Below, piece by piece: positions 27,280 to 36,772 of a stretch of DNA of 64,000 nucleotides. Under the pieces are notes generated by a model. It saw nothing but the letters and a program-made list of their open reading frames with translations. It was not told the origin of the DNA and did no database searches. Source of the stretch: an uncultured Acidobacteriota bacterium (lineage in GTDB: Bacteria > Acidobacteriota > Thermoanaerobaculia > UBA5066 > Gp7-AA6). Made by a program: the position numbers and the translations under genes. The DNA lies in NCBI GenBank assembly GCA_963775725.1, contig CAVZKA010000001.1:740309-804308 (forward strand), given 5' to 3'. The stretch's first letter is position 1; every line of letters begins with the position of its first letter.

Positions 27280-29427
27280 TCATTGCTCCTTTGGAATGAC
27301 GATCGTCCAAACCGTCTGGCTGCCGTCGTTGTTGAAGGTGCCGAACGGCCGCGCCAACCCGGCCGCGACCGCGCCGATCGTGTCCCGGGGCATGCCGTGC
27401 AGCTCGAGATTGCCTTCGCTGTCGGTCGCGATCGGTTGGCCGCAGTTCGTGGCGTATTCCTGCCAGATCCCGAGGGGGAGCAGAACGCCGTGGACGGTCC
27501 ACTGCAGGGTCCAGCCGTCGAGCGGCGCGCCGGTTTCGTCCTCGACGTGCACGTGCAGCGTTTCGGTCTCGGGGACGAGCTGGATGTTGGCTTCGTCGCC
27601 GCCCCGTATCTCTTCGTGGAAGTAAGCGTCCGTGGGCCGCACGACGATCCGGTGGCCGCACACCATCACTTCCAGGATGTGGAAGCCCGTCGCCGTGCCG
27701 GGAAACCCGAACTCGCCGGCGGCCGACGTCATGACCTGGCGGGCGAAGTCGAAGCCGCGCGCGTCGGGATCCATGCCCACGTTCACGCCGGCCAGCGGCA
27801 CGCCCGACTCGTCGGTGACGACCCCGTGGAGCCGGACCCCTTTCTCCAGGCGCACCTCGAGGTCCTTTCCCTCGGGGGTCACGTCGATCTCGTAGAAGTC
27901 GGCCGGGGCGTAGCCCTCGTGCTGGACGTGCACGTCGACGCGGCGGGAGAAGAGGTTGCGCAGACGGAACCGACCTTCCCGGTCGGATGTGGCGGACATG
28001 GAGGCGTCCATCGCCTCCTTCGCTTCTCCCGTCTTGTCAGGCGACGTGGACACGGCGACGTTCGCGCCGGCGATCGGCGTCCCGGTTTCCGCGTCGCGAA
28101 CGACGCCGTGGATCTCGGCCAGCGGGATGAGGACGTCATGCTCGACCTCGGAAACGCCGCGATCGGCGTGGACTTCCTCTATGAACGGTGTCTCGTCGCC
28201 TGGCGGCAGGGTCCTCACGAAGATCCGGTCGGAGGAAGTCCACACTCGCAGCGCGTACTCGCCTAACAGGCCGGATACCGTGGAGATCCCCTTGAGCGCG
28301 CCTTCGAACGGCACGCCGACCACGGCGTCGGGCACCACTTCGTCGCCGCGCTTGACGACGCCGTAGATTCTCACCGGGACGAAGACGAATCGAAGTTCCG
28401 CGGTCTTTCCCGGATCGACGGTGACGACCGCTGCATGCCGGAGCCCGCTGGCCTGGGCCTCGCACTCGATCGAGACGAGGCCCGGCTCGATCTGTCCGAG
28501 CTCGACGACCGTCACGTCCTTCGGGCGAATCGTTTTCGAGCCGAGTTCGACGTCCATGGCGCCGGTCCTGCTGGAGAGTCCCTTCCCGCGCACCGTGAGC
28601 TCACCTTTCGGCAGCTCGATCGGGAACTCGACGGTGAGGCGGACCGATCCGAGATCCTGGATGACGAAGTCGCCGAGGTCCGTGACGCCGCCTGGCTTCA
28701 GGGCGGTGAAGGGCTTGCGCTTTCGGCCGCCTCCGGGGATCTCGACGCGCAGCTCCCAGGCTCCGACGGGAAGGCTCGCGAAGTCGAGCGCGGCGCGGTC
28801 GGCTGCGATGGGCCGCGTCTTGAAGAACCGGGACTCCTGGTCGTCGGGCGCCGGGTCCGTGCGCGACACCCAGCCGAGCCACCGCTCGGGCGGCTTGTCC
28901 GTGCGCGCGCTCAGGATCCGCGCCTTCACGCGGGCCGCGCGCTTCAACGTCGAGGCGGCGTTCGTGAAGGTCGGAGCGCCCGACGTCACGTGCGAAAAGG
29001 CGGGCGCAAAGCCCGGCACGAGGATCGCGACGTCCCAATCCCCCGCCGAGACGACGAAGCGCACGCCGGCCTTGGCGTTGCGCACTTCGACCGGCGCCTC
29101 GAAGGCGGGGGCGTGCTCCCACGTCGTCGCATCGGCGGCCTTGACGACGATCGTGGCGCGGCCGGCGCGCTCGGGCCCGGCGAGAGGCCAGAGAACGAGC
29201 GTGTCGTCGCTCGGGAAATAGAAGACCGGACCGTCGTCCGCGGGCTGGTAGAAGCGCAGCCCGGCCGCCGCCAGCATGGTATCGGCCGGGACGCTCGCGC
29301 GGCCGTCCTTGTCGAGCGGGATGGTGTGCCCGCCGAGCACGATCGAGGTGGCGGGCGCGGCGCCGGGCGCCGGAGCCAGCGTGATCGCGTCCCGGGCGGC
29401 CAGGGCGAACAGCACCGCGGCGAGCAT
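27280..29427 (-). CDS. Large secreted protein with carboxypeptidase-regulatory-like (CarbopepD_reg) beta-sandwich domains
   Basis: Signal peptide MLAAVLFALAARDA. Repeated segments HGVVRDAETGTPIAGANVAVS... and HGVVTDESGVPLAGVNVGM... match CarbopepD_reg_2. Its stop abuts the DUF1801 start. Confidence 0.65.
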   Translation of the reverse strand: MLAAVLFALAARDAITLAPAPGAAPATSIVLGGHTIPLDKDGRASVPADTMLAAAGLRFYQPADDGPVFYFPSDDTLVLWPLAGPERAGRATIVVKAADATTWEHAPAFEAPVEVRNAKAGVRFVVSAGDWDVAILVPGFAPAFSHVTSGAPTFTNAASTLKRAARVKARILSARTDKPPERWLGWVSRTDPAPDDQESRFFKTRPIAADRAALDFASLPVGAWELRVEIPGGGRKRKPFTALKPGGVTDLGDFVIQDLGSVRLTVEFPIELPKGELTVRGKGLSSRTGAMDVELGSKTIRPKDVTVVELGQIEPGLVSIECEAQASGLRHAAVVTVDPGKTAELRFVFVPVRIYGVVKRGDEVVPDAVVGVPFEGALKGISTVSGLLGEYALRVWTSSDRIFVRTLPPGDETPFIEEVHADRGVSEVEHDVLIPLAEIHGVVRDAETGTPIAGANVAVSTSPDKTGEAKEAMDASMSATSDREGRFRLRNLFSRRVDVHVQHEGYAPADFYEIDVTPEGKDLEVRLEKGVRLHGVVTDESGVPLAGVNVGMDPDARGFDFARQVMTSAAGEFGFPGTATGFHILEVMVCGHRIVVRPTDAYFHEEIRGGDEANIQLVPETETLHVHVEDETGAPLDGWTLQWTVHGVLLPLGIWQEYATNCGQPIATDSEGNLELHGMPRDTIGAVAAGLARPFGTFNNDGSQTVWTIVIPKEQ

Positions 29428-29433
29428 CGAGCT

Positions 29434-29853
29434 CTAGTCTTCGCCCCGGACGCGTCCGCGCCGGGCCTTCACGTGGGAGCGCTGCACCTTGGCCTCGATG
29501 CGCCGCTCCTTCGCGGCCCGGCTCGGGCGGGTCTTGCGGCGGGTCCTGGGCCGGTGCGCGGCCCGGGCGATGAGCTCGGCGAGCCGCTCACGCGCGGCGG
29601 CGCGGTTCTGGGCCTGCGTCCGGAACGCGCGGCTGTCGATCAGGAGAATGCCTTCGGCCGAGATCCGCTTGCCCGCGAGCGCGACGAGCCTCGCCCTCAC
29701 GTCCTCGGGCAGCGTCGAGGCGGAGACGTCCAGGCGCAGCTCGACGGCCGTCGCGACCTTGTTGACGTTCTGTCCGCCGGGACCGGACGCGCGCACGAAC
29801 CGCTCGCTGAGCGCGTGCTCGGGGACGGCGATCGAGGGGGTGACGGTCAGCAT
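29434..29853 (-). CDS. arfB: Alternative ribosome-rescue factor ArfB (peptidyl-tRNA hydrolase, GGQ)
   Basis: SGPGGQNVNKV GGQ motif plus a basic C-terminal tail (RPRTRRKTRPSRAAKERRIEAKVQRSHVKARRGR). ~139 aa. Confidence 0.8.
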   Translation of the reverse strand: MLTVTPSIAVPEHALSERFVRASGPGGQNVNKVATAVELRLDVSASTLPEDVRARLVALAGKRISAEGILLIDSRAFRTQAQNRAAARERLAELIARAAHRPRTRRKTRPSRAAKERRIEAKVQRSHVKARRGRVRGED

Positions 29854-29912
29854 CGGGCTCTCGGGACACCGGATTATAGAGACCTCGGGGCAATCGCTGT
29901 ATCGTTCCCGAC

Positions 29913-31745
29913 ATGAAAAGGCACGTGTGGAAAGCCCTGGCCGCGCTGCTCGCGTTCGTGCCGCCCCTCAGCGCCTCCAACAAGCCGGTCCTCCACGGCA
30001 AGCACTGGGTTGCGATCACCGGCAAGCCGCTCGCCGCGACGGCGGGATCCATGACCTTCCAGAAGGGCGGCAACGCCGTCGACGCGGCCTGCGCGATGCT
30101 GGCGGCGACGACGACGATGTTCGACACGCTCTCCTGGGGCGGCGAGACGCAGGCGCTGATCTTCAACCCGAAGACCGGCAAGGTCATCGCGGTCAACGCG
30201 CTCGGCGTGGCGCCGACGGGAGCGACGCCGGAGTTCTTCCACGGGCGCGGCATGGCGTATCCGCCCGAATACGGCCCGCTCGCGGCCGTGACGCCGGGGA
30301 CGCCGGGCGGCCTGATGATGATGCTGGCGGAGTACGGGAAGCTGTCGCTCAAGGACGTCCTCGCGCCCGCGATGCAGCTGGCCGAGGGGTACCCGATCGA
30401 GAAGGAGCTGGCCGACGGCCTCGAGCGCGAAAAGAAAGAGATCCGCCAGTGGCCGTACTCGGCGAAGCTCTTCCTGACGCATCCGGGCGAGGCGCGCGAG
30501 GCGCCGCGCCCGGGCGAGATGTTCCGCCAGCCGGACCTGCTCGCGACGCTCCAGAAGCTGGTCGACGCCGAGCAGGGCGCGCGCGCCGCGGGCCTCGGCC
30601 GCAAGGAGGCGATCTACGCGGCGTACGACCGGTTCTACAAGGGCGACATCGCGCAGGAGTTCGTGCGCGGCTCGAAGGAGCAGGGAGGCCTCGCGACGAT
30701 GGAGGACCTCGCGAAGTGGCGCCCGCGGTTCGAGGAGCCCGTCACGACGACCTACAAGGACATCGCCGTCTACAAGCTCGACGTGTGGACGCAGGGCCCC
30801 GCGATGCTCGAGGCGCTCAACCTCCTCGAGCCGATGGACCTGAAGGGCATGGGCTACAACAGCGCGCGTTACATCCACGCGCTCTACCAGGTCATGAACC
30901 TCGCGTTCGCCGACCGCGACTTCTACTACGGCGACCCGGACCGGCCGCCGGCGGAGCCGCGGCTCGGGCTGTTGTCCAAGGACTACGCGGACGCGCGCCG
31001 CAAGGTGATCGACTGGACGAAGAACGACGCGAACGCGAAGCCGGGCGACCCGTACCCGTTCCAGAACGGGAAGAACCCGTACCTCGACCTGCTCGCGAAG
31101 TGGAAGAGCGACGCGCCCGTCCCGAAGGTGAGCGAGGCGCGATCCTTCGAGGAAGGCTTCCTCGCGGGCACGACCTCGATCGAGGCGGCCGACGAGGAGG
31201 GCTGGGTCGTCTCGGTGACGCCGTCCGGCGGCTGGAACCCCGTCTGCATCGCCGGCAGGACGGGCATCGGCATGAGCCAGCGCATGCAGAGCTTCGTGCT
31301 CGATCCGGCGGAGAACCCGTACAACGTGCTGGAGCCCGGCAAGCGCCCGCGCGTGACGCTGACTCCCGGCATGGCGCTGAAGGACGGCAAGCCGTACCTC
31401 GCCTTCGCCGTGCAGGGCGGCGACACGCAGGACCAGAACCTGCTGCAGTTCTTCCTGGACTTCGTCGAGTTCGGCATGGACGTCCAGGAAGCCGTCGAGG
31501 CGCCGAACGTCAACAGCTTCCAGATGCGGAGCTCCTTCGGCGCGCACCAGTCGCGCCCGGGGCTGATCGAGATCAACGATTCCACGCCGCCGTACGTGCG
31601 CGACGAGCTGAAGAAGATGGGCTACAGGATCCGCACCGCGGCGAAGACGTCCGGGCCCATCAACGCGATCTACTTCGACCGCGAGCACGGCACGATGTGG
31701 GGCGGCTCGAGCGACTACGGCGACGACTACGGCGTCGCCTGGTAG
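29913..31745 (+). CDS. ggt: Gamma-glutamyltransferase
   Basis: Signal peptide, ~610 aa. GGT-family blocks, including the catalytic Thr context TTS in FLAGTTSIEAADEEGWVVSVTPSGGW and the GGDTQDQ-containing segment. Confidence 0.85.
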   Translation: MKRHVWKALAALLAFVPPLSASNKPVLHGKHWVAITGKPLAATAGSMTFQKGGNAVDAACAMLAATTTMFDTLSWGGETQALIFNPKTGKVIAVNALGVAPTGATPEFFHGRGMAYPPEYGPLAAVTPGTPGGLMMMLAEYGKLSLKDVLAPAMQLAEGYPIEKELADGLEREKKEIRQWPYSAKLFLTHPGEAREAPRPGEMFRQPDLLATLQKLVDAEQGARAAGLGRKEAIYAAYDRFYKGDIAQEFVRGSKEQGGLATMEDLAKWRPRFEEPVTTTYKDIAVYKLDVWTQGPAMLEALNLLEPMDLKGMGYNSARYIHALYQVMNLAFADRDFYYGDPDRPPAEPRLGLLSKDYADARRKVIDWTKNDANAKPGDPYPFQNGKNPYLDLLAKWKSDAPVPKVSEARSFEEGFLAGTTSIEAADEEGWVVSVTPSGGWNPVCIAGRTGIGMSQRMQSFVLDPAENPYNVLEPGKRPRVTLTPGMALKDGKPYLAFAVQGGDTQDQNLLQFFLDFVEFGMDVQEAVEAPNVNSFQMRSSFGAHQSRPGLIEINDSTPPYVRDELKKMGYRIRTAAKTSGPINAIYFDREHGTMWGGSSDYGDDYGVAW

Positions 31746-31764
31746 CCTGCTAGGCTTCGCGGAC

Positions 31765-32406
31765 ATGGCAGGCACGGTCACGAACCCCGAGGCCCGCTGG
31801 CCGGTCTTCGTCGCGCTCGTCGGCGTCGGCGGCATCTCGCTTTCGCTGCCGCACTCGCTCGTCGTTGGGCCGCGGTGGCTGCTGCTCGTGCTCGTCCTCG
31901 CGCTGCTCATCCCGGCTACGATCGCGCACCGCGCCGGCAAACATCGGATCGACATGCTGTTCGGTTACGCCGTCAGCACCCTGATCACGCTCGCACTCGC
32001 GGCTTCGCTGGTCCTGCTCATCTTGCGCCTGCCCTCCAAGACCGAGTCGCCGGGTTCGCTGCTCGCGTCGGCGACGACGTTGTGGGTGACGAACGTGCTC
32101 GTCTTCGCGATCTGGTACTGGCGCCTGGACGCAGGGGGCCCGCACGCGCGCGAGAAACGGGGCGGCCACACGGCGGGGGCGTTTTTTTTTCCGCAGATGA
32201 TGGACGGGGTGCCGATCGAGCACCCCGAGCGGTGGATGCCGCGCTTCGTCGACTACCTGTTCCTGGCGTTCAACACGAGCACGGCCTTCTCGCCGACGGA
32301 CACCGCGATCCTCTCCCGGTGGGCGAAGGCGCTGTGCATGCTGCAGTCGCTCATTGCGCTCTCGATCATCGCGATCCTCGCCTCGCGCGCCGTGGGAATG
32401 TTGTAG
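31765..32406 (+). CDS. DUF1345-like integral membrane protein
   Basis: Track ORF with 5-6 TM segments and balanced loops. Confidence 0.45.
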   Translation: MAGTVTNPEARWPVFVALVGVGGISLSLPHSLVVGPRWLLLVLVLALLIPATIAHRAGKHRIDMLFGYAVSTLITLALAASLVLLILRLPSKTESPGSLLASATTLWVTNVLVFAIWYWRLDAGGPHAREKRGGHTAGAFFFPQMMDGVPIEHPERWMPRFVDYLFLAFNTSTAFSPTDTAILSRWAKALCMLQSLIALSIIAILASRAVGML

Positions 32407-32423
32407 GCCGGACTCTGCCCGCG

Positions 32424-32666
32424 CTATTCGGGGCGGGGGAAGAACAAACCCAGCGTCAGCGCCGTCCCGATGGCGAGGGAGACCCACGCGTTCGTGACGA
32501 AGTAGCCATAGGCCATCAGTGCGATGCCGATGAAGAGCGGGCGCGGCTCGTGGTTCTTCCTGCCATGGCGGAATGCGAAGTAGCCGACGAGGCCGAACAG
32601 GACGGCCAGCAGGATCGTCCAGAGCGAGAAATCGCCGAGCAGCCCATTGAGATCGAGGCCTTCCAC
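32424..32666 (-). CDS. Small membrane protein (GlsB/YeaQ/YmgE-like)
   Basis: 80 aa with 3 hydrophobic segments: LWTILLAVLFGLVGYFAF, LFIGIALMAYGYFV, VSLAIGTALTLGLFF. Confidence 0.45.
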   Translation of the reverse strand: MEGLDLNGLLGDFSLWTILLAVLFGLVGYFAFRHGRKNHEPRPLFIGIALMAYGYFVTNAWVSLAIGTALTLGLFFPRPE

Positions 32667-32697
32667 TGAAGGCCAGAATACACGGCTTGGGCCCTCG

Positions 32698-34833
32698 TCA
32701 GGGTCTTGTTCCGGTCAATCCCCGTTCTTCGAGGAGGGGCTGGACCTGCGGATCGCGCCCGCGGAAGGCCCGGTACATCTCCGCGAGGTTCTGGCTGCCG
32801 GCGCGCGAGAGGATCATTTCGCGGAAGCGCTGGCCGTTCTGGCGGGTCATGCCGCCGTTTTCCTTGAACCAGTAGTACGCGTCGTCGTCGATGACCTCGG
32901 CCCACAGGTAGGCGTAGTAGCCCGCGGCGTAGCCGCCGCCCCAGATGTGCCCGAAATAGGTCGTGCGGTAGCGCGGCGGCACCTCGGCGAGCGCGACCTT
33001 CGTACGCTCGAGGGTGGCCTTCTCGAACCCGTTGACGTCCTGCTTCGGCGCGTCGGCGGGCAGCGTGTGCCAGGCCATGTCGAGCAGCGCCGCGGCGAGG
33101 TACTCGGTCGTCATGTAGCCCTGGTTGAAGGTCTTCGCCTTCCTGATCTTCGCGACGAGGGAGTCGGGCATGGGCGCGCCGGTCTCGTGGTGCTTCGCGT
33201 AGTGGGCGAAGACGGTCGGCTCGGTGGCCCAGTGCTCGTTGAACTGCGAGGGGAACTCGACGAAGTCGCGCGGCGTCCGGGCGAGCGTCGGGTAGGTGAT
33301 GTTCTGAAACATCGCGTGGAGGGCGTGGCCGAACTCGTGGAAGAGCACGGTCACGTCGCCAAACGAGATGAGCGCCGGCCGGCCCGCGGCCGGCTTGGTG
33401 AAGTTCAGGACGTTCGTGACGACCGGCTTCGTGCCCATGAGGCGGCTCTGGTCCACGAACGTGTCGCACCACGCGCCGCCGCCCTTGGAGGGGCGCTGGT
33501 AGTAGTCGCCATAGTAGAGCGCGAGGGGAGTGCCGTCGGCGTCGAAGACCTCCCAGACGCGCACGTCGGGGTTGTAGACCGGGATGTCGGGGCGGGGCTT
33601 GAAGGTGATCCCGTACATCTTGTTGGCCGCGTAGAAGACGCCGTCGTTCAGGACCCGGTCGAGCTCGAGGTACGGACGCACCTCCGACTCGTCGAGGTCG
33701 TACTCGGCCTTGCGGACCTTTTCGGAGTAGAGCTCCCAGTCGGCGGCGGAGAGCGTGAAGCCGCCCTTCTCCGCGTCGATCTGCTTCTGGATCCGGGCCG
33801 CCTCGCCGCGCGCCTTGGCGGTCGCAGCGGGGACGAGGTCCGCCATGAGCGTGTCGGCGTTCTGCGGTGTCTTCGCCATCTGGTCGTCGAGGACGTAGTC
33901 GGCGTACGTCTTGAAGCCGAGCAGCTTCGCCTTCTGCGCCCGAAGCTGCGCCAGGCGCGCGACGGTCGCCGTCGTGTCGTTCTCGCCCCCGTGGTTGCCG
34001 CGCTTCTCCGAGGCCTCGAGGATCCGCTGGCGCAGGGCGCGGTCCGTGAGCGACGACAGCACGGGCTGCTGCGTCGTGTTCTGCAGCGCGAAGACCCACT
34101 TGCCGTCGAGCTTGCGCTCCTTCGCGGCCTCGACCGCGGCGGCGAGGGCCCCGTCCGTGGCGCCGGCGAGCTGCTTCTTGTCCGCGACGACCGGGGCGGA
34201 GGCGTTGTTGTCGGCCAGCAGCTTTTCCTCGAACGCGGTGTCGAGCTTGGACTCCTCCTCGTTGAGCGCCATCAGCGTCTTCTTGTCGGCGTCGGAGAGG
34301 TCCGCGCCCGCGCGGACGAACGTCAGGTCGTACCGCTCGACGAGGTACTTCGCCTCCGGGTCGAGCCCGAGCGTCGCGCGCTGCGCGTAGATCGCCTTGA
34401 TCCGCGCATAGAGCTTCGGGTTCAGGTTGATGGCATCGTTGTGCGCCGCGAGCTTCGGCGCGACCTCGCTCTTGATCTTCTGGATCGCCGCGTTCGTGTC
34501 GGACTGCTCGATGTTGTAGAAAACCTTGTAGGCGCGCGTCAGCAGCACGCCCGTCTTTTCCATCGCCTCGATGGTGTTCGCGAAGGTGGGGGGCGCGGGG
34601 TCGTTGGCGATCGCCTCCATCTCGGCGCGCTGGATCCGCATGCCTTCCTCGATCGCCGGCTGGTAGTCGGTGACCTTGATCCTGTCGAAGGGCGGCGCCT
34701 GGAAGGGGAGCGCGCTCGGCGCGGCGAAGGGGTTCGAGGCGGGCAGCTGGCCGAGCGCCGGGAAGGCGGCGAGGGCGAGGATCGAGGCGAGGGGGAGCAA
34801 TCGCTGGATTCTCATCACAGCCTTTCTGGTCAT
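32698..34833 (-). CDS. dcp: M3-family metallopeptidase (peptidyl-dipeptidase Dcp / oligopeptidase A-like)
   Basis: Signal peptide. The HExxH zinc motif lies in VTVLFHEFGHALHAMF. ~711 aa. Plus-strand ORF 32647..34854 is antisense noise. Confidence 0.85.
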   Translation of the reverse strand: MTRKAVMRIQRLLPLASILALAAFPALGQLPASNPFAAPSALPFQAPPFDRIKVTDYQPAIEEGMRIQRAEMEAIANDPAPPTFANTIEAMEKTGVLLTRAYKVFYNIEQSDTNAAIQKIKSEVAPKLAAHNDAINLNPKLYARIKAIYAQRATLGLDPEAKYLVERYDLTFVRAGADLSDADKKTLMALNEEESKLDTAFEEKLLADNNASAPVVADKKQLAGATDGALAAAVEAAKERKLDGKWVFALQNTTQQPVLSSLTDRALRQRILEASEKRGNHGGENDTTATVARLAQLRAQKAKLLGFKTYADYVLDDQMAKTPQNADTLMADLVPAATAKARGEAARIQKQIDAEKGGFTLSAADWELYSEKVRKAEYDLDESEVRPYLELDRVLNDGVFYAANKMYGITFKPRPDIPVYNPDVRVWEVFDADGTPLALYYGDYYQRPSKGGGAWCDTFVDQSRLMGTKPVVTNVLNFTKPAAGRPALISFGDVTVLFHEFGHALHAMFQNITYPTLARTPRDFVEFPSQFNEHWATEPTVFAHYAKHHETGAPMPDSLVAKIRKAKTFNQGYMTTEYLAAALLDMAWHTLPADAPKQDVNGFEKATLERTKVALAEVPPRYRTTYFGHIWGGGYAAGYYAYLWAEVIDDDAYYWFKENGGMTRQNGQRFREMILSRAGSQNLAEMYRAFRGRDPQVQPLLEERGLTGTRP

Positions 34834-35192
34834 GGTTGTCCGGTGGCCGCGTAGCGCTTGTGGCGTTCCACCTGTTCGTGCGGTACCAATCTTCGGGTCA
34901 GCATCGGCAACTCCTCGGTGACGTCGGCGGCTCGGCTTTATATACGATGAATCGGGCCTTGGGATTTGGGTTGGTCCAAATTGATTCGGAGGCTCCGCCC
35001 AAGCACGCGAAAGCGATTACGCCGATCCTGAACGTGTCGAGCATGGAAGAGTTTCCGGATCAGTAAGCGAATCGGCGGGCACGACCAGAGACCGCTTCGC
35101 TTCGTTCCGGCGATATCCGGGGCGGGGGCATTCCCGTCTCCCTCCTTATAGACTCCTCGGCCAGAAGCCTCGCGCAACGACAAGGAGCAAGG

Positions 35193-36596
35193 ATGAACCG
35201 GACCTTTCGCACGATTCTTCCAATACTCGGCGTGGTCATCGCCCTCGGGGCGACCCCGGCCTTCGCGCAGTCGGATCTGCCCGCCGAGATGCGCACCGCC
35301 ATCGACGCCGCGGCAAACGAAGCGCTGAAGGCGTCCGGGGCGCCGGGCGCGTCCATCGCGGTCGTCCGGGACGGGAAGATCGCCTACGTCCAGGCCTACG
35401 GCGACGCGAAGATCGATCCGAAAGCGCCGGCGCGGCCGCCGATGCGCTACAGCATCGGATCGGTGAGCAAGCAGTTCACGGCGACGGCGATCCTGATGCT
35501 CGCCGAGGACGGGAAGCTTTCGCTCGACGATCCGGTCGGCAAGTTCCTGCCCGGACTGACGCGCGCGAACGAGGTGACGATCCGGCAGCTGCTGTCGCAC
35601 ACGTCGGGCTACCAGGACTACTGGCCGCAGGACTACGTGCCGCCGTTCATGCTGCAGGAGATCACCGCGGCGGCGATCCTCGACAAGTGGGCGAAGAAGC
35701 CGCTCGACTTCGAGCCGGGCACGCAGTACCAGTACAGCAACACCGGGTACGTCGCCGCGGGCGTGATCGTCGAGAAGGCGAGCGGGAAGCCGCTGCTCGA
35801 GTTCCTCGGCGCGCGCGTGTTCGCGCCGCTCGGCATGGCGAGCATCGTCGACATCGACCGGCAGACGCTCGGGGCCAACGATCCGGTGGGCTACAAGCGT
35901 TACGCGCTCGGGCCGCTGCGCGTCGCGCCGAAGGAAGGCAAGGGCTGGCTCTTCGCCGCGGGCGAGCTCGCAATGACGGCCGAGGACCTCGCGCGGTGGG
36001 ACCTCGGCATGATCGACCAGAAGCTGCTGAAGCCCGCCTCGTACAAGCAGATGCAGACGGACACGCTGCTCAAGAATGGCCTCGGCATCGGCTACGGCCT
36101 CGGCATCGACGTGACGCGGTGGGATGGCCGCCGCGTCCTCGAGCATGGAGGCGAGGTCTCCGGGTTCACGGCGGAGAACGTCGTGTTTCCCGACGACCGT
36201 GCGGCCATCGTGGTGCTCGTCAACCAGGACGCCGTCGACACGTCCGGGACGATCGGCCGGAAGATCTCCCGGGTCCTCTTCGCCCAGGGCGGCGCCGGTC
36301 CGGCCGAGGCGCGCGCGCGGCAGGTCATGGAAGGTCTGCAGAGGGGCAAGATCGACCGCACGATCTTCACCTCCAATGCGAACAGCTATTTCACCGACCA
36401 GGCCCTCGCGGATTTCGCCTCGGGCCTCGCTCCGCTCGGCGCGATCAAGCAAATCCAGCAGACCCGGAGCAACGACCGCGGCGGGATGACGTTCCGGCTG
36501 TTCGAGGTGAAATATCCGGACAGGACCGTGTCGATCTGGGAGCGGGACATGCCGGACGGGAAGATCGAGCAGTTCCAGGTGATGCCGGGGGGGTAG
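35193..36596 (+). CDS. Beta-lactamase-fold serine hydrolase
   Basis: Signal peptide MNRTFRTILPILGVVIALGATPAFAQ. SxxK in YSIGSVSKQFTATAILML, plus YSNTGY and HGGE. Confidence 0.8.
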   Translation: MNRTFRTILPILGVVIALGATPAFAQSDLPAEMRTAIDAAANEALKASGAPGASIAVVRDGKIAYVQAYGDAKIDPKAPARPPMRYSIGSVSKQFTATAILMLAEDGKLSLDDPVGKFLPGLTRANEVTIRQLLSHTSGYQDYWPQDYVPPFMLQEITAAAILDKWAKKPLDFEPGTQYQYSNTGYVAAGVIVEKASGKPLLEFLGARVFAPLGMASIVDIDRQTLGANDPVGYKRYALGPLRVAPKEGKGWLFAAGELAMTAEDLARWDLGMIDQKLLKPASYKQMQTDTLLKNGLGIGYGLGIDVTRWDGRRVLEHGGEVSGFTAENVVFPDDRAAIVVLVNQDAVDTSGTIGRKISRVLFAQGGAGPAEARARQVMEGLQRGKIDRTIFTSNANSYFTDQALADFASGLAPLGAIKQIQQTRSNDRGGMTFRLFEVKYPDRTVSIWERDMPDGKIEQFQVMPGG

Positions 36597-36612
36597 CCCG
36601 CCCGGGAAAATA

Positions 36613-36721
36613 CCCTCTCCCCCGAGGGGAGAGGGCAAGGGTGAGGGGTTTGTAGCTCTCGCTCTTGACGAGAGAGGAATGTGGGCGCCCCTCACCCCAA
36701 CCCTCTCCCGCCGGGAGAGGG
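36613..36721. repeat. ~110 bp nested imperfect palindrome built from CCCTCTCCCC/GGGGAGAGGG hairpins
   Basis: Layout: 10 bp hairpin CCCTCTCCCC-cga-GGGGAGAGGG (36613-36635); GGGTGAGGGG (36639-36648) pairing with CCCCTCACCC (~36689-36698); a central CTCTCG-ctcttga-CGAGAG hairpin; then a second CCCTCTCCC-gcc-GGGAGAGGG hairpin (36701-36721). It lies between the serine hydrolase and the MBL hydrolase. Confidence 0.6.
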
Positions 36722-36772
36722 AGTAGAGCGGGGCGGTTGCAACATTCGCCCTCGCGATTCGTTCAACTCCGC

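Noticed and set aside
29489-31955. ORFs 29489..31753 (+, 754 aa), 29874..31955 (-, 693 aa), 29588..30604 (-)
   Set aside because: Overlap ArfB and the well-conserved gamma-glutamyltransferase in other frames or strands. No motifs.
34836-35066. 76-aa plus-strand ORF in the 360 nt gap upstream of the M3 peptidase
   Set aside because: No RBS and an odd composition. More likely the promoter/5'UTR region of the divergent peptidase and serine hydrolase genes. It contains an AT-rich TTTATATACGATGAA block that may be a promoter element.
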